Assembly (NCBI RefSeq): GCF_032191835.1
Contig: NC_083234.1
Location: 37,448,001 to 37,512,000 of the forward strand
Source of the DNA: Heteronotia binoei
Lineage: Eukaryota
Reading direction: 5' to 3'
DNA length: 64,000 nt
This document shows, piece after piece, positions 60,742-64,000 of this stretch; position 1 is the stretch's first letter; every line of letters begins with the position of its first letter. A program made the position numbers and the translations under genes. The notes beneath the pieces were generated by a model that saw only the letters and a program-made list of their open reading frames with translations, did no database searches and was not told where the DNA came from.

Positions 60742-61794
60742 GGGGGAACTGGGCAAGCTTGAATGAAAAACCTGGTTGGATCCTACCCATTTAGTTGCAG
60801 CTTTTTAATTGGATCTTCTTGGCTCTTTATTATAACTGTGTGTGTGAGTGTGTGTGGTGCTTGCAGTGCTTTATCAATGCACATTACTAATGTGGGGGAG
60901 GCAAAGCCATGAAAGAACTGAAAACATGTGGCAAACTGTGAACGTGCAGTGCTTGCATTGTGTGTGTATACACACACACACACATACAGCCCAAGCATTG
61001 TGTATTCACAGTATAACATAATACTGGGGGGAGAGAGAGAGAGAGTTTCCTAATCTATCAGTTCAGCTTCATAAATTGAAATAAATGTGGAGAGCATGAT
61101 GGAAGCATTAGCTCGCACCCTGCATAAACACACTCAGTCTGACTATCATATCCAGGATTCTAGGCCTGTGTCCCTTGACATCTCCTGAAAGAAAATATTA
61201 AACAGTCAAATCCATTGTTTGCAAAAAAGGCTATTTATACTCCCACACAACTTTGTGTTTCTCAGCATTTCCCTCTTCTTTCCTTCCTTTCCCCCTCCCT
61301 CAGATTTAACGAACCATAAGGAATTCTGCATTAGAATGAGTTGTTTACCATTTGGGTTATTGGTTTGAGAGAAGCAGGGAGAACAGTATGGCATCCAATG
61401 TGAAAGGATCTCTTTTGTTGTGACGTATCGTAAAAATCTCTTTTCAGAGGCTACCGTTTGTATCCCTTCGGATAGATTTATTAATGGGTTGTACCTTTTT
61501 CTCTCCTGTAAATCATATTAACAATGGCTTGATTTATGTGTGTTCTGAGTGAGCAAATTTACACAATGTTGTTTGTCACTTTATTTCTGGGAAACTAAAA
61601 TTGTGTTGGAGGGGAGAAAGACAACAACAATAACAAGAAGGAACTGCTTTTATCCCCCTTCCTAGGAAGCAGAAGTTACTTGTTTAACAAACTGTATTTC
61701 TAAGAGTCAGTTACTCTTATTATGAAGATTAAATAAAAAGTGATTTGAGGCTCATGCAAATGTAAGGAGGTATTTAGGTACTCAAAAGATGGTG

Positions 61795-61980
61795 ACATAG
61801 TATCACCCGATCTTGTCATATCAAAGAACTAAGCAGGGTTGGTACTTGGAAGGGAGGCCACCAAAGAAGACACTACAGAGGAAAGCAATGGCAAACCATC
61901 TCTGCTTCTCACTTGCCTTGAAAGCCCCTTGCTGCAGTCACTATAAGTCATCTGTGACTTGAGGGCACTTTACACTCACA
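61795..61980 (+). mobile_element. 5S-rRNA-headed SINE
   Basis: cacccgatcttgtcatatc...ctaagcagggttggtacttggaagggaggccacc aligns with 5S rRNA; same tail as the 37345 copy. Confidence 0.8.
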
Positions 61981-62408
61981 TTTAGGTACTCAAAGTTACT
62001 GTAGGAGTAGTCTGGTCTAATGGAATAAAACAATAAGGATGTACAACTGGAATATAACTGAGCAAACTACATCCTAACTACAACACTAACGATAGAATGT
62101 AACTCACCCAAATGAAATTAATTCTGGCCTTTGGATCCAAACCATCTATGTAAGACTGGGTTATTTTGGTAAAACCAACATGAAATCTGTGGCTGTAATC
62201 TGATTTCATTTTCCCCATGCTGCCTCAAACTCCCCTTGTGGAAAAGGAAGGACAAGAAGGAAAATGAAAGACTCAAAACTATATACCTGACAGGCACACT
62301 GTCCAACCAAGAATAGCTAGCTCAGTTTTGCACCATACAGGAGCAGTATTCATGAACCATCTGCTCCCTCACTGGAACCCACTCTACACAGGGCACTCCT
62401 CTTTTCAG

Positions 62409-62530
62409 GTGTATATGACAAGCTGCATGTACCCTTTGAACGCATCTGTCATCTTGAGAGTAACACAAACTACATTTGAAAACTATAAAACAAACCTTTC
62501 AGGACTCCTCAGAGAAATCTTGACAAACCA
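62409..62530 (+). other. Candidate 122-nt exon (VYMTSCMYPLNASVILRVTQTTFENYKTNLSGLLREILTN in phase 0)
   Basis: Acceptor cactcctcttttcag, donor CA|gtgagt; unverified. Confidence 0.3.
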
Positions 62531-63175
62531 GTGAGTTCCCAGAGTTCAATCTGCTATAGGCTATTATTGTCTGTGGACCCAAATTTTGTAAGCAACTTTG
62601 TGGTCTCCATTGGGAAATAAATGAAGTAATAACAACAACAAAAAGTGTCACTCAACCAGTTAGTATTCCTGGTCTGAGCAAGTGGTTGCTAATGATCAAT
62701 CAAGGCATGCTCTAACTGGTGATATGGAAGATAGTTGACTACAGCCTGTGAACTCCCTCCATTCTGAAAGAGTGAAAAGCTGAATCTGTCTTCTTCTCTT
62801 GAACAGAGTATTCCTGGCCGCATTCCTAACAAATTGAATTGACTCAATTTATGCATTAGCTGGATGGGAGTGAGAAAGACTCACCTTAAAAACAAAACAA
62901 AACAAAAAAACCTTACAGGCCCCCTCAACCCCATGGACCAGATGTCTGCAGACCTAGACTGAAAAATGTTGCCATACAACATCATCCCTGTTTGGTGTTT
63001 TTGCATACAATCTTCCTCTGTTGACATTGCTGGCTCAATGTCCTAGATGCAACTCAGGCAGGGATTCTCCTTGTGGGAGTTATGCCAGCTATCACGCATA
63101 GTGCCACCAGCGAGGAATCATTCAGTGTATCAAGCCAGTGCTACATTTAGAGCTATTTTGATCTTCATTTTTAAG

Positions 63176-63272
63176 GAAAACTGGTTGCCATCAGTCCTGA
63201 GAAGCAAAACTCATCAACTGAGCTTTTACTAAATGCCACTTCCCTAATTCCAGACTGTCCATGGACTCCAAG
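63176..63272 (+). other. Candidate 97-nt exon (KLVAISPEKQNSSTELLLNATSLIPDCPWTP in phase 1)
   Basis: Acceptor ttttgatcttcatttttaag, donor AAG|gtatgc; unverified. Confidence 0.28.
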
Positions 63273-64000
63273 GTATGCTCGGAATACTCAGAAGTGCAGG
63301 CTCTTTGTAATTCACCTCAGGTTTTAAAAAGATAGTTCTGGGCAAACATCTGTTTCATGCCTGCCTTTCAGATGCTAAATGGCCCTTGAAACCCTTGCTG
63401 AAGGGATTGTGTGTGTATGTGCATTTCTTTATTTTTATAGGGGAATTGACAACAGAACAATTCAGTTAGGATATTGATTTTAAAGCCATCTATGTCTGAC
63501 TCCCAGGGCTAAACTTGACAAAATGCTGTGAGTTCCATATCTGGAGCTCCCAGCGCATCCCTCCCCTTTTAAATGACTATCATCTTGGCCACAAGTGGGA
63601 TTGAGTAAGAGGGTGTTTAAGCCTTCCACCCTGTGCCACTTTCATGATGCAGAACAATTCCACAGAAGTGACATTTGCTCTGCTAGAACAAACCTACAAG
63701 TCTTAGATCCTCTTTATTGGGGGGTAGATTGCCATCCTATAGGGTTAAGGGCAAAACCATGTTATTGGGGGCTTAACCCATTCCCTTCCCTGTACCATCC
63801 TCTTGACTCAAATCAGGACCCCAGTGGTCAGTTATTTAAAAAGAAAACAATGCTAGCCGCTCCATACCCAGAACTCCCAGTATCTCATCCGGTTTGGCTC
63901 TTATGGGGGGGGGGGGAGGATCAGTCCACATACAGCCTGTTGCCAGGTCAGGAACAGGCCACACACATCCTGGAGGAGCAGTCAGATGTCTCAAGCACTT

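Noticed and set aside
61795-61870. 5S rRNA gene
   Set aside because: Diverged and internally deleted, and fused to a SINE tail.
1-64000. CRISPR arrays, prokaryotic operons or endogenous viral genes
   Set aside because: No regularly spaced repeats, no dense ORF packing, and no viral motifs recognised.

Overview
This window is vertebrate, squamate-reptile genomic DNA, probably a gecko (inferred from Sauria SINEs, Squam3-type SINEs, 5S-headed SINEs and abundant hAT MITEs). It starts at the edge of a CpG island and is otherwise non-coding and dominated by transposons. It holds two 5'-truncated L2 LINEs with decayed reverse transcriptase, CR1 3' fragments, many SINEs, and dozens of non-autonomous hAT and PIF/Harbinger-type elements, several nested with visible target-site duplications (TSDs). 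There are two assembly gaps. I cannot recognise any protein-coding gene. Several + strand segments have good splice signals, consistent with long introns of an unidentified gene, but they do not chain into one open frame. The most unusual structure is a 402-bp non-TE segment copied apparently perfectly in inverted orientation 1.65 kb downstream and flanked by an 11-bp TSD. The loop between the two copies contains a candidate 54-nt exon and a candidate 12-nt UGC-type microexon that share a duplicated donor region. A hAT MITE family also spreads a composite octamer + KLF motif. No CRISPR, rRNA or true tRNA genes are present. Family names are my recognition and were not confirmed by database search.
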